Below are positions 37,289 through 47,426 of a DNA stretch of 64,000 nucleotides, piece by piece. The notes under the pieces were generated by a model. The model saw nothing but the letters and a program-made list of their open reading frames with translations. It was not told the DNA's origin and ran no database searches. Every line of letters starts with the position of its first letter. Position 1 is the stretch's first letter. The stretch is from a bacterium BMS3Bbin05 (GTDB taxonomy: Bacteria > Nitrospirota > Thermodesulfovibrionia > Thermodesulfovibrionales > BMS3Bbin05): NCBI GenBank assembly GCA_002897855.1, contig BDTO01000080.1, positions 5,623 to 69,622 of the forward strand, read 5' to 3'. The position numbers were made by a program, and so were the translations under genes.

Positions 37289-37699
37289 TTATCCCTGTTT
37301 TAAACCGCTCAATAATTTTACGGCATCTATTAGTAATTGGATAAATTTTTTGTTGTTTATTTTTCTGAGCAGATCTATCAGTTTTAATTCATCTCTGTTG
37401 AGTTCACCGTAAGTTATTTCAGGTTCTGATACTGTCAGTCCGTTGCTGTCTCCGATGAAGTATGACAGAGGCAGGTTGAGGGCCTCTGAAATCTGGCTTA
37501 ACCTTTTGAGGGTTAGCTGACTTTTTCCGTTTTCGTATTTCTGAATCTGCTGGTATGAAATTCCGATTCTCTCGGCCAATTTCATCTGGCTCAGCCCTTT
37601 AGAGAGCCTTGCAGACCTGATTCGCATCCCGGGTTCAGAAGTGTTTCTTTTCTTTGATCTCTTCCGCATGTAATTATGTTCATTGTTTGTGCCCCCCAC
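37289..37699 (-). CDS. XRE-family helix-turn-helix transcriptional regulator
   Basis: HTH_3 pattern IRSARLSKGLSQMKLAERIGISYQQIQKYENGKSQLTL. The exact start is uncertain. Confidence 0.8.
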   Translation of the reverse strand: MGGTNNEHNYMRKRSKKRNTSEPGMRIRSARLSKGLSQMKLAERIGISYQQIQKYENGKSQLTLKRLSQISEALNLPLSYFIGDSNGLTVSEPEITYGELNRDELKLIDLLRKINNKKFIQLLIDAVKLLSGLKQG

Positions 37700-37760
37700 T
37701 GTCTACAGAATATTAGTTGTAAATATTGACAAACACTCGTTAAAGTAGTAAAATTATTAA

Positions 37761-38117
37761 ATGAATTCTTGTCGAAAAGTATTAATTGTCGATGATGATG
37801 CTTTAATCCGGGAACTTTTCAAGGCCTGGTTTCAGAGATATAGTATTGATGCTGATACCGCTGACAATCCGGAATTTGGACTGGAACTCGTTACATTAAA
37901 TAAATATACCATAATCATCGTCGACTTCTCAATGCCTGCCATGAAGGGCAATGAATTGATAAAAAAGATTCGGATGGTTGACATGAGAACAAAAATAATC
38001 GGCACCAGTGCGCAGCATTGGGTCGGTGACCTGTTTTATAAAGCCGGAGCAGATTATTTTGTCAAAAAACCCGTTGACTTCGGCGAGCTTGCAGGAATCA
38101 TTGACAAGGTATTGTAA
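37761..38117 (+). CDS. stand-alone response-regulator receiver domain
   Basis: 118 aa. VLIVDDD acidic pocket, the phospho-acceptor Asp in IIVDFSMP, and a conserved Lys in FVKKP. Confidence 0.8.
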   Translation: MNSCRKVLIVDDDALIRELFKAWFQRYSIDADTADNPEFGLELVTLNKYTIIIVDFSMPAMKGNELIKKIRMVDMRTKIIGTSAQHWVGDLFYKAGADYFVKKPVDFGELAGIIDKVL

Positions 38118-38148
38118 ACAGCAGGATGAATTGCCGGGCGGAACGGAC

Positions 38149-39159
38149 TCATGTCCATATACCGGGGATTATGTGTCGACAGTCCGGACATAAGCCACCG
38201 GATAACCTGTTTTCAATAATTGAAAATCCCGTTCTTTTGATAACCGTCGCTCCGCAATGATGGCAATATGTGTTTTCTCTCCCTTCACCCGGTACATTGC
38301 CTTCAAATACAAAATGAAGTCCTGCGTTTAACCCGATTTCCCTTGCCCTCTTCAACGTCTTGAGTGGAGTTCTCGGCTTATCATTAAGCCTGTAAGTAGG
38401 ATAATACTGTGTTACGTGCCACGGGATTTCCGGGCTTACGGATTTGATAAAACCGGCTATCATCGTCAGGGTTTCATCAGAATCATTATAATCGGGGATG
38501 ATGAGAGTCGTTACCTCTACCCAGACCCCTTTTTCTTTCATTAGTCTTATGGCATTTTTGACAGGTTCAACATGTGCGCCACAGATTTTTTTATAGAATT
38601 CCTCATCTCCCTTCAGATCAATATTGTCTCCGTCAAGATACGGTGCAATGAGTTCAACGCTTTCCGGCGTCATGTATCCGTTGCTTACGAATACGTTTTT
38701 TATGCCTTTGGCATGAGCGATCTTTGCACAATCATATGCAAACTCCATAAATATGGTCGGCTCAGTATATGTGTAGGATATGCTTTCACAGCCATGTTTG
38801 AGTGCCGCTTCAACTATTGATTCAGGTGTCATATCACTCCCCATTATGGTACCGTCGTGTTCCTTTGGAAATTGCGATATCTCACTGTTTTGACAATGCA
38901 GACATCTGAAATTACAGCCTGCAGTGGATATGGAAAGGGAGCGTGAACCGGGGAGAAAATGGAAAAGTGGTTTTTTCTCTATCGGATCGACATTAAAGGA
39001 GACTACCTTTCCATAGACAAGGCTGTAAAGGGTGCCGCCCCTGTTCTCTCTTACATGACATATCCCCCTCCTGCCGTTCTTTATCGTACAGCGGTGAGCA
39101 CAGAGATGACAATTAACCTTTTTGTCATCAAGCTTTTCGTAAAGCATGGCTTCTTTCAT
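38149..39159 (-). CDS. AmmeMemoRadiSam-system radical SAM enzyme (PflA-like)
   Basis: 336 aa. C.LC.HRC.I..G.RGIC.VR, DPIEKKPLFHF.PGS, and GCNFRCLHCQN (CxxxCxxC). Confidence 0.8.
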   Translation of the reverse strand: MKEAMLYEKLDDKKVNCHLCAHRCTIKNGRRGICHVRENRGGTLYSLVYGKVVSFNVDPIEKKPLFHFLPGSRSLSISTAGCNFRCLHCQNSEISQFPKEHDGTIMGSDMTPESIVEAALKHGCESISYTYTEPTIFMEFAYDCAKIAHAKGIKNVFVSNGYMTPESVELIAPYLDGDNIDLKGDEEFYKKICGAHVEPVKNAIRLMKEKGVWVEVTTLIIPDYNDSDETLTMIAGFIKSVSPEIPWHVTQYYPTYRLNDKPRTPLKTLKRAREIGLNAGLHFVFEGNVPGEGRENTYCHHCGATVIKRTGFSIIENRLSGGLCPDCRHIIPGIWT

Positions 39160-39370
39160 AAATTAATTATATCACAGGACATCTGTGTATCCAATTCTTT
39201 CTGGAGGAATAGTCAGGGCCGGTAGAATACATTCAGCAGTTTAATTTGCGGTCCCGAACGATAGCTTGAGCCTTATTTTTCAATTTTTCGGCAAAGGGAT
39301 CATCTATGTGTTTGATTATGGTTTGAAATTTCTGTTTCATATACCCTTTCCCGTCAATAGCGTTATACTA

Positions 39371-39748
39371 TCACATATGGATGGAGGTAATCCTGCCGTC
39401 AAAATATCTTTTTAATATTTTCTTAATGAATCCCCGTGTGACAGGAAATACCATCAAAAAGCCGATAATATCCGTGATGAATCCCGGGGTAAGGAGTAAA
39501 GCTCCGGCAATGAGTATCATCGCACCATTGATAAGATCATCGGCTGGAAATATACCATCCATCAGATTTCTTCTTATACGGAGCCATACACCAATACCTT
39601 CCAGCCTGACCATGTAAGCGCCTATGATGGCGGTCAAAATTACGATTGCTATGGTATTGAGAGTCCCTATGACCGAGCCCACCTTAATGAGAACCGCAAG
39701 CTCTGCTACCGGGATTAAAGTAAATATAAGAAATAACTTAAAAAGCAG
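39371..39748 (-). CDS. fxsA: FxsA-family membrane protein, probable CTG start
   Basis: The track gives 39371..39682 from an internal GTG. Upstream in frame with no stop is LFKLFLIFTLIPVAELAVLIKVG (the FxsA P..E motif), beginning at a CTG preceded by GGAGG with a 5-nt spacer. Confidence 0.7.
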   Translation of the reverse strand: MLFKLFLIFTLIPVAELAVLIKVGSVIGTLNTIAIVILTAIIGAYMVRLEGIGVWLRIRRNLMDGIFPADDLINGAMILIAGALLLTPGFITDIIGFLMVFPVTRGFIKKILKRYFDGRITSIHM

Positions 39749-39810
39749 TTCGGCCTCCGCATATTTATATTACGGGCAGTCAAAATATATTTACTGTCCG
39801 GTTAAACTGT

Positions 39811-40185
39811 TTAGAATGTGAGTCCCTGCCTTTCCATGAGCATCTCACCGAGGAATGAGCCCGGTTTGATTTCTGCATTTGGGATAAGGTTAGCCTTATC
39901 TATATCGAAATGTTTTACACATGATGCACAGACATAAAATTTGACATCGAGGTCTTCACTCAATGTCTTGATAAGTTCGTGGAGAGGGGAAAACTCGTCC
40001 TTTTTCTGCCACTCCACTGTCTCGGCGAATCCCTTTTTAGCGAGTGTAACACCTTTGTCCATAAGAAAGATATCAACTTCCGCGTCAAACGCCTTCATGT
40101 TGGTGGCGAGCTGTAATGCCCCGGCCGCCTTGTCGGGATTATCGAACGAATGCGTGATGATAAAGACAAATTTCTTTTCTGCCAT
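39811..40185 (-). CDS. DsrE/DsrF-like family protein
   Basis: 124 aa. F.FIITHS..NPDKA..AL.LA and a late YVCASC motif, consistent with the DsrE-like sulfur-relay fold. Assigned by pattern only. Confidence 0.55.
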   Translation of the reverse strand: MAEKKFVFIITHSFDNPDKAAGALQLATNMKAFDAEVDIFLMDKGVTLAKKGFAETVEWQKKDEFSPLHELIKTLSEDLDVKFYVCASCVKHFDIDKANLIPNAEIKPGSFLGEMLMERQGLTF

Positions 40186-40632
40186 GATATCCTCCTTTAA
40201 TGTGTTTATATACCCAATGTCATTACTATCCGGAATATCTTAATATACTCTTATAGAAGGAGGCAAAATGCGTCAAAAACACAACAGCGGTTCCTTCTTT
40301 AAAAACAGTTCCAACCGTTCAGCCTGTTTATAAAATGAGCATCCGGCTTTACGAATTCAGAATGTTTTTTATAAGGCAATCCCTTTCCCTCAGGGTCAGA
40401 TCAAAGTAAAAGCTGCTTTCCATGAGGATACCTATAATTTCCCTGGTAACCTTTTTGCCGAACTTATAGTATCTTTTTTCTTTCATCTTTATCACAACCT
40501 TCCTGCCTTTTATACTATGTTAAAAAGCATATATTGTGCCACATGTAATATCTTGATTTTTAACAATTATCACCAATGGAGGTTTGCAAAGTTGAGACAT
40601 TTTTTGCATAAAACTGAAATAAGATGTCCGGT

Positions 40633-40786
40633 TAAATAGAGTCTGTGTATAAAGTCAGTCTCTCTATCTGTCATTCCGGCAGTCCTTAAGCCGGAATCTA
40701 TTCTTTTCAATAAGTTCTGAATGTCCCGAAAGCGTTCGGGGCATGACAAAAATAAAAAACAGCAATTTATACACAGACACTAAATA
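40633..40786 (+). mobile_element. MITE-like element, copy 2
   Basis: Same termini as copy 1 (taaatAGAGTCTGTGTATAAA ... TTTATACACAGACACTaaata). The internal hairpin is tccggc-agtccttaa-gccgga. Confidence 0.8.
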
Positions 40787-40847
40787 ATTCCCGAATCCGG
40801 CAATCGGCAGCGCTGCTTATCGCTGAATCCGGGTCGCAGACTGTGTT

Positions 40848-41498
40848 TCAGGAATTTGATTCCTCCCAGCCGTGTTTCCCGACAAGTGGAACAAATACAC
40901 ACATAGTATAACTTGATCTCGATACCTGTCCTTCTTTCTTTGTTATTTTTGTAAGTATCTGATTATACCGGCTGCCGACCGGCGCAATTCCGATGCCGTT
41001 TTCTGCAAGCTGTTCGATGAGAGGGACAGGGAATTCCGGTGTGGCGGCGGTTACGATGATCCTGTCAAAGGGGGCCTCTTCTATCCATCCTTCCGATCCA
41101 TCAGAAGTCTTAAGGGTTACATTTAAGCAGCCGGCTTTCCTGAGATTTTCACGGGCATAGTCTGTAAGTTCCGCTATCCTTTCCACAGAGAAGACCCAGT
41201 CTGACAATTCAGCGAGTACGGCGGTCTGGTATCCGGACCCCGTGCCTATCTCAAGGACTTTTTCTTTTCCCGCCAGATCGAGCAGTTCAGTCATTATTGC
41301 GACCATATAGGGCTGCGAGATGGTCTGGCCATGTCCGATAGGGAGGGCACAGTCGTCATATGCCCTGATTCTTTCGATTTCGGGTACAAACAGGTGCCTG
41401 GGTACTTTTTTCATGGCTTCGATCACTCTCGCATCTTTTATATGGCGGGCAAGAAGCTGAGTCCTGACCATATATTCTCTCATTTGTCCGAAGTCCAT
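40848..41498 (-). CDS. pcm: protein-L-isoaspartate O-methyltransferase
   Basis: GHGQTISQPYMVA and the VLEIGTGSGYQTAVLA SAM motif. The track start at 41534 would overlap the upstream gene by 32 nt. The internal ATG at 41498 (MDFGQMREYMV..) fits the family N-terminus better. Confidence 0.88.
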   Translation of the reverse strand: MDFGQMREYMVRTQLLARHIKDARVIEAMKKVPRHLFVPEIERIRAYDDCALPIGHGQTISQPYMVAIMTELLDLAGKEKVLEIGTGSGYQTAVLAELSDWVFSVERIAELTDYARENLRKAGCLNVTLKTSDGSEGWIEEAPFDRIIVTAATPEFPVPLIEQLAENGIGIAPVGSRYNQILTKITKKEGQVSRSSYTMCVFVPLVGKHGWEESNS

Positions 41499-41502
41499 GC
41501 CT

Positions 41503-42882
41503 TCAGCCCCTGCTGATGATTTCCCTGGCGGCAATAATACCTGAAGCGGATGCCTGGATCAAACCTCTGCTTACGCCGGCCCCGTCTCCGATTGCAAAAA
41601 GATTTTTTATCTCTGTTTCCAGCTTGTTCGTGAGTTTTATCTGCATCGAGTAAAATTTTACTTCCATGCCGTACAGCAGACTATGCCGGGAGTTGACCCC
41701 CGGAGCGATTTTGTCGAGCGCCTCGAGCATTTCAAGGATATCGGCGAGATATCTGTATGGTATCGCGAAGCTGAGGTCCCCCGGGGTTGCATCTTTAAGT
41801 GTCGGCAGTACGATACCCCTGTTTATTCTTTCCCCTGTGGACCTGCGACCCTTCTGGAGGTCGCCGAGCCTCTGTACTATTACCCCTTTCCCGAGAAAAT
41901 TGGCAAGTCTGGCAATATACCGTCCATATGAAATCGGTTCATTGAAAGGCTGTGTAAAATATGTACTGACGAGCAGTGCAAAATTGGTATTTTCCGTTTT
42001 ACGCCCTGCGTAGCTGTGACCGTTGACTGTCCAGATACCTTTAAGATATTCTTTGACCACTTCTCCGTACGGATTGACACAGAAGGTTCTTACCATGTCA
42101 TCAAATTTTTTCGAATAAAAAAGCAGCTTGGGCTCATAAGTGATGCTGGTGAGCGGCTCGAAGACGGATGCCGGGACTTCAACCCTGACACCGATATCGA
42201 CGGGGTTGTTCAGTAGTGTAAGGCCGAGTTTTTTTGCCTCTCTTTCGAGCCATTGAGATCCCTCCCTGCCCGGTGCGAGCACAACAAAACGGCCAAAATG
42301 CCTTTCGCCGTTTCCGAGTTCAATGCCGGGCATCTTACCCTCTTCAGCGGAGATATGCATTACCGGTGAATGGAATCTCATGTGTATTTTGTCATTTATA
42401 AAATCACGAACATTCTGGAGGACATTCCTGCACCGGTCGGTACCTATATGTCTGATTCGCGAGGGAACAAGGATAAGGTCGTTCCTGGATGCCTCCATCT
42501 GAAGCCTGGAGACTCTTTCTTTGTCGTCACCATAGATTTGTTGCGGTGCGCCGTATTTAATGTAGATATTGTCGACATATTGAATGAGAGCAAGGATTTT
42601 ATCCCGGTTGATATACCGGGAGAGGTGCCCTCCGACCTCGGGAGACATGCTCAGCTTGCCGTCGCTGAATGCGCCTGCGCCTCCCCAGCCGCTCAGGAGA
42701 TCACACTCCTTGCACTCAATGCACGATATGTCTTTTGTGTTCATGGGGCATGACCTCTCGGGCAGGTCCTTTCCTTTCTCTGTCAGCAGTACTTTAAGTG
42801 AAGGATTATTTTTCAGGAGTTCCAGGGCACAGAAGATTCCGGCGGGGCCTGCCCCTACAATTATAACGTCATATTTATTCAT
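41503..42882 (-). CDS. FAD-dependent oxidoreductase (uncharacterised FAD-dependent dehydrogenase family)
   Basis: 459 aa. YDVIIVGAGPAGIF dinucleotide-binding motif and a C-terminal AIGDGAGVSRG motif. Confidence 0.7.
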   Translation of the reverse strand: MNKYDVIIVGAGPAGIFCALELLKNNPSLKVLLTEKGKDLPERSCPMNTKDISCIECKECDLLSGWGGAGAFSDGKLSMSPEVGGHLSRYINRDKILALIQYVDNIYIKYGAPQQIYGDDKERVSRLQMEASRNDLILVPSRIRHIGTDRCRNVLQNVRDFINDKIHMRFHSPVMHISAEEGKMPGIELGNGERHFGRFVVLAPGREGSQWLEREAKKLGLTLLNNPVDIGVRVEVPASVFEPLTSITYEPKLLFYSKKFDDMVRTFCVNPYGEVVKEYLKGIWTVNGHSYAGRKTENTNFALLVSTYFTQPFNEPISYGRYIARLANFLGKGVIVQRLGDLQKGRRSTGERINRGIVLPTLKDATPGDLSFAIPYRYLADILEMLEALDKIAPGVNSRHSLLYGMEVKFYSMQIKLTNKLETEIKNLFAIGDGAGVSRGLIQASASGIIAAREIISRG

Positions 42883-43637
42883 CCGATATAGTTATTCCAG
42901 TTGCTTTTCAGGTAATCAAGTGCACCGTAATTCGTCAGATCGAGGTGGATCGGCGTAATGGATACGTAACCCTTTTTTACTGCATAAAAGTCCGTGTCAT
43001 TTCCCTCTTTCCACAGTGGCACCCCACCGCCGATCCAGTAATGTTTAGAACCTTTCGGGTCAAATGTGTCCTGGATCGAATTGTCATAGATCCTCTTGCC
43101 CTGCCTGGTGAAGATAACCCCTTTTATTTTACCTGGTGTTGAATTCGGCACATTGATATTCAGGAGGGTGTCTCCCGGCAGCCCCTCCCTTAAAATGATC
43201 CCGGCCAACTTTTTTGCATAGCCTGCAGCCGTGGCGAAACGATAATCTTTTTCACCTTCCATCGAGATTGCGAGAGAAGGTATAGAGAGAATTGTCCCTT
43301 CTATGGCAGCCGATACGGTGCCGGAATATGTAATGTCATCCCCGAGATTGCCACCCTTATTAATACCTGAAACGACGAGGTCGGGTTTCCTCTTCAGCAC
43401 CTTGCTGACTGCTATGGTCACACAGTCGGTAGGGGTACCGTTTAATGCATAAATATTTTTTGCCAGCTTCTCGGTCCTCAGGGGTCTATGGAGTGTGAGG
43501 GAATGGCTCACCGCACTTTTTTCCCTGTCAGGAGCGACAATTACCGCCTGCCCTATTGTATTCATCGCCCTGTATAGACTGAGCAGACCCTTCGAGTAAA
43601 TTCCATCGTCATTAGTAACCAGGATTAGCGGTTTCAC
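42879..43637 (-). CDS. surE: 5'/3'-nucleotidase SurE
   Basis: 252 aa. ILVTNDDGI...G N-terminus and GINKG.N.G.D..YSGTV motif. Confidence 0.92.
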   Translation of the reverse strand: MKPLILVTNDDGIYSKGLLSLYRAMNTIGQAVIVAPDREKSAVSHSLTLHRPLRTEKLAKNIYALNGTPTDCVTIAVSKVLKRKPDLVVSGINKGGNLGDDITYSGTVSAAIEGTILSIPSLAISMEGEKDYRFATAAGYAKKLAGIILREGLPGDTLLNINVPNSTPGKIKGVIFTRQGKRIYDNSIQDTFDPKGSKHYWIGGGVPLWKEGNDTDFYAVKKGYVSITPIHLDLTNYGALDYLKSNWNNYIG

Positions 43638-43869
43638 AAGAATATTGTATCACATGATGGAATTTTTTATTGAATTCCAAATATGCCGTGTTTTGATTCC
43701 CAAATTCTTTGTTTGCACAATTAAAAGGCATTGTGTAGAATATTGGCATGCCTCTCCCAAAAGATATTTTGATTATCTCATATTATCTATATTGGTGCCC
43801 AAGCCGGCTGTTTAATGCCGGATGAATCGTATTTTTGCCTTTCCTGTTAAAAACAGTAAGGTTTAGAAT

Positions 43870-44541
43870 ATGAAATCGCTGATTAAGAATGCTGCAGGCA
43901 GAAAGATTTTCATGGCTGTTACAGGCCAGTTGATGGTCCTGTTTATTATAATACATGTAATCGGTAACTCCACAATTTACTTTGGCGTACTCAATTCATA
44001 TGCCGATCATCTGCACGCAGTACCTTTCCTCCTGTGGGTATTTCGATTGGTTATGCTCACGGTCTTTTTGATCCATGTATTGTTCGGTATCCTGCTGACT
44101 CTTGATAACTGTTCCGCCAGGCCCGGCTCTTATGCGGTCAGGGCTTACCGGCAGTCGACATTTGCCTCAAGAAACATGATCTGGACAGGTCTTTTAATAT
44201 GCCTGTTTCTTTTCTATCACCTCCTGCACTTTACTTTTCAGATTATCAGGCCGGAGGTTTCCGCCGGTGTGAACAGTGACGCCATGGGCCGGCCCGATGT
44301 CTTTAATATGTTAGTGATGAACTTTCAGCATTTCTCTGTTACATTGATATATATTCTTGCAATAGTTGCCCTTGTTCTTCATCTCTCGCATGGCATACAG
44401 AGTTCTTTCCAGACACTCGGACTGAATAATGAAAGGACACTCCCTGTTATAACAAAAGGGGGATCAATCGTGGCATATGTCCTGTTTTTTGGTTATATAG
44501 CAATTCCTGTAATGATCTTTATAGGTATATTGCATGGTTAG
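43870..44541 (+). CDS. sdhC: succinate dehydrogenase/fumarate reductase cytochrome b subunit (single 5-TM, b558-type)
   Basis: 223 aa, five hydrophobic helices with conserved His residues, located immediately upstream of sdhA/sdhB. Confidence 0.75.
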   Translation: MKSLIKNAAGRKIFMAVTGQLMVLFIIIHVIGNSTIYFGVLNSYADHLHAVPFLLWVFRLVMLTVFLIHVLFGILLTLDNCSARPGSYAVRAYRQSTFASRNMIWTGLLICLFLFYHLLHFTFQIIRPEVSAGVNSDAMGRPDVFNMLVMNFQHFSVTLIYILAIVALVLHLSHGIQSSFQTLGLNNERTLPVITKGGSIVAYVLFFGYIAIPVMIFIGILHG

Positions 44542-44550
44542 GAGTTATTT

Positions 44551-46464
44551 ATGATACTGGATGGGAAATGCCCGTCCGGGCCGCTTTCTGAAAAATGGGA
44601 CAAAAGGCGCAGCGAAATGCGATTGATAAATCCCTCCAACAAACGGAGATATAAGATCATTGTTGTGGGGACCGGGCTTGCAGGGGCATCCGCTGCGGCT
44701 TCTTTAGGTGAACTCGGCTATAATGTCGAGGCGTTCTGCTATCAGGACAGCCCACGGAGGGCGCACAGCATTGCCGCACAGGGTGGTATAAATGCCGCCA
44801 AGAACTATCCCAACGACGGTGACGGCATATACCGGCTTTTTTACGACACCATAAAGGGAGGGGATTTCAGGTCAAGGGAAGCTAATGTATACCGTCTTGC
44901 ACAGGTGAGCAATAATATAATTGATCAGTGTGTGGCACAGGGTGTTCCTTTTGCGCGGGATTATGCAGGATATCTTGATAACCGTTCGTTTGGAGGTGCC
45001 CAGGTTTCGCGTACCTTTTATGCAAAGGGACAGACGGGTCAGCAGCTGCTTCTCGGCGCATATTCAGCGCTGTCAAGGCAGATAAATGCGGGTAGTGTCA
45101 GACTTCATACGCGCACAGAGATGCTCGATCTGGTTGTAATAGAAGGTGAAGCCAGGGGTATTACGGTGCGCGACATGATAACAGGCGAGATCCGGTCCTA
45201 TGCTGCAGATGCCGTTTGTCTCTGTAGCGGCGGATATATAAATGTATTCTGTCTGTCTACGAATGGGATGGGGTCTAATGTAACAGCCGCGTATCGTGCT
45301 TATAAGAAGGGGGCATTCCTTGCAAACCCGTGTTTTACCCAGATTCACCCTACCTGTATTCCGGTAAGTGGTGACCATCAGTCCAAACTTACACTAATGT
45401 CCGAATCCCTGAGGAATGACGGGAGGGTCTGGGTCCCGAAGAAGACGGGGGACAACCGGTCGCCTCGTGAGATCCCGGAAGAGGAGCGGGACTACTATCT
45501 TGAAAGGAAGTATCCGGGCTTCGGCAATCTTGCCCCCCGTGATATATCATCACGTGCCGCGAAGGAGGTGTGTGATGAGGGGCGGGGTGTTGGTCCGGGC
45601 GGACGGGGCGTATACCTTGATTTTGCCGGTGCGATTGCACGCATTGGCGAGTCGGTGATAAGGCAAAGGTATGGAAACCTGTTCGATATGTATGAGAGGA
45701 TTACGGGTGAGAATGCATACAGGCAGCCTATGCGGATATATCCGGCCCCCCATTATGCTATGGGGGGCCTGTGGGTCGACTACAATCTCGAAAGCAACAT
45801 CAGGGGATTGTTTGTGCTCGGCGAGGCAAACTTCTCTGACCACGGGGCGAACCGTCTCGGTGCGAGTGCCCTGATGCAGGGACTTGGAGACGGATACTTT
45901 ATAATTCCTTATACAATTGCTGATTATCTGGCGCAGAGGACGCCCGGTACGGTAACGTCCGAGCACCCGGAATTCAGGAGGTCAAGGGATGAAAGGGCAG
46001 TGGAAATAAAGAGACTGTTTTCGATTAACGGGAGAAAATCCGTGAATGACTTTTACCGGGAACTCGGCGGTGTAATGTGGGATTATGCAGGTTTGCCCCG
46101 GAGTGAGGAGAGTCTGAAGAAGGCCCTGGAACTGATACCGCGCATACGTGCTGAATTCTGGGAAAATGTGAAGATACCGGGCAGTGGATCGGAACTCAAC
46201 CAGGAGCTCGAAAAGGCCGGCCGGGTTGCCGATTTCCTCGAATTCGGAGAACTCATCACTCTTGACGCGCTTCACCGGAATGAATCGTGCGGAAGCCATT
46301 TCCGGGTGGAATACCAGATGCCGGACGGAGAAGCCAGACGTGACGATGAAAACTTCTGCTACGTCGGTGCCTGGCAGTACATGGGCGCAGACAAGATGCC
46401 CGAACTCCATAAGGAGCCGCTGGATTTTGAGAATATCCAGCTTTCGGTGAGGAGTTACAAGTAA
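44551..46464 (+). CDS. sdhA: succinate dehydrogenase/fumarate reductase flavoprotein subunit
   Basis: 637 aa. [12 protein letters not shown], the [14 protein letters not shown]-histidyl region (H in RRAHS), and HYAMGG. Confidence 0.93.
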   Translation: MILDGKCPSGPLSEKWDKRRSEMRLINPSNKRRYKIIVVGTGLAGASAAASLGELGYNVEAFCYQDSPRRAHSIAAQGGINAAKNYPNDGDGIYRLFYDTIKGGDFRSREANVYRLAQVSNNIIDQCVAQGVPFARDYAGYLDNRSFGGAQVSRTFYAKGQTGQQLLLGAYSALSRQINAGSVRLHTRTEMLDLVVIEGEARGITVRDMITGEIRSYAADAVCLCSGGYINVFCLSTNGMGSNVTAAYRAYKKGAFLANPCFTQIHPTCIPVSGDHQSKLTLMSESLRNDGRVWVPKKTGDNRSPREIPEEERDYYLERKYPGFGNLAPRDISSRAAKEVCDEGRGVGPGGRGVYLDFAGAIARIGESVIRQRYGNLFDMYERITGENAYRQPMRIYPAPHYAMGGLWVDYNLESNIRGLFVLGEANFSDHGANRLGASALMQGLGDGYFIIPYTIADYLAQRTPGTVTSEHPEFRRSRDERAVEIKRLFSINGRKSVNDFYRELGGVMWDYAGLPRSEESLKKALELIPRIRAEFWENVKIPGSGSELNQELEKAGRVADFLEFGELITLDALHRNESCGSHFRVEYQMPDGEARRDDENFCYVGAWQYMGADKMPELHKEPLDFENIQLSVRSYK

Positions 46465-47255
46465 TGAATCTGACCCTGTTTGTATGGCGCCAGAAAGGTC
46501 CCGAAGATACGGGAAGACTCGAACGTTATGAAGCCGGGGATATAAGCACCGGGATGTCATTTCTGGAGATGCTGGACGTTGTCAATGATAAACTGATCAA
46601 GAATGGGGAAGAACCAATCGCTTTCGACCATGATTGCCGCGAAGGTATTTGTGGTACCTGTTCGCAGGTGATAAACGGAGTGCCTCATGGTCCCGAGGGA
46701 AAAACGACCGTCTGTCAGCTGCACATGAGGAACTTCAGTGATGGAGATACCATATATATAGAGCCTCTGAAATCGAAGGCATTTCCCGTAATCAGCGATT
46801 TAATAGTGGACCGGAGCGCTCTTGACCGGATCATCCAGGCGGGCGGATATATATCCGTTCATACCGGAGGGGTACCTGATGCCAATACGATACTTGTCGC
46901 GAAGCATGACGCCGACACTGCTATGGACGCGGCTGAATGTATCGGGTGCGGGGCGTGCGTGGCGGCCTGTCCCAATGGATCGGCAATGCTTTTTTTGGCT
47001 GCCAGGGTTTCACATCTGGCCATGCTGCCCCAGGGCCGGGTAGAGGCAAAGAGACGCGTAAGATCGATGATCAGCGCAATGTCGAAAGAGGGTTTTGGTA
47101 ATTGCTCCAACCATTACGAATGTCATGCTGTCTGCCCTAAAGGGATCAAGCTTTCTTTCATTGCAAAACTGAATCGTGAGTTTATCAAGGCCTTCGGCTA
47201 TGTTGCAGAAAAAGACTCTGCCGCTCGGCCTGCAGATGTTTCAATAGCCGATTGA
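46464..47255 (+). CDS. sdhB: succinate dehydrogenase/fumarate reductase iron-sulfur subunit
   Basis: 263 aa. CREGICGTC (2Fe-2S), [12 protein letters not shown] and C..C..CP clusters. Confidence 0.9.
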   Translation: MNLTLFVWRQKGPEDTGRLERYEAGDISTGMSFLEMLDVVNDKLIKNGEEPIAFDHDCREGICGTCSQVINGVPHGPEGKTTVCQLHMRNFSDGDTIYIEPLKSKAFPVISDLIVDRSALDRIIQAGGYISVHTGGVPDANTILVAKHDADTAMDAAECIGCGACVAACPNGSAMLFLAARVSHLAMLPQGRVEAKRRVRSMISAMSKEGFGNCSNHYECHAVCPKGIKLSFIAKLNREFIKAFGYVAEKDSAARPADVSIAD

Positions 47256-47426
47256 TCTTGTTCAAAATTTGTTGAAAAATAAAGACAGGCAGAGTACAAT
47301 AGCTTATTAGTTCATGAAATAAATTTATTAGAACAATTAATAGGTTAGCCATTCAATGAACCCGCTGTATTTCAAAAAAAGAGGCAGGTATTTTCTGTAA
47401 ACCTTTCAAAAAGGAGGACATGCATC

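Noticed and set aside
40349-40486. 45-aa minus-strand small ORF (MKEKRYYKFGKKVTREIIGILMESSFYFDLTLRERDCLIKNILNS) with an AGGAAGG SD-like sequence; a similar 35-aa ORF lies at 39233..39340
   Set aside because: They are too short, with no recognisable family and no comparative evidence available, so they are not reported as features.
45982-46560. 192-aa minus-strand ORF (plus several 60-140-aa ORFs between 44.8 and 46.0 kb)
   Set aside because: These are antisense to sdhA/sdhB and have Arg/Pro/His-rich nonsense composition.
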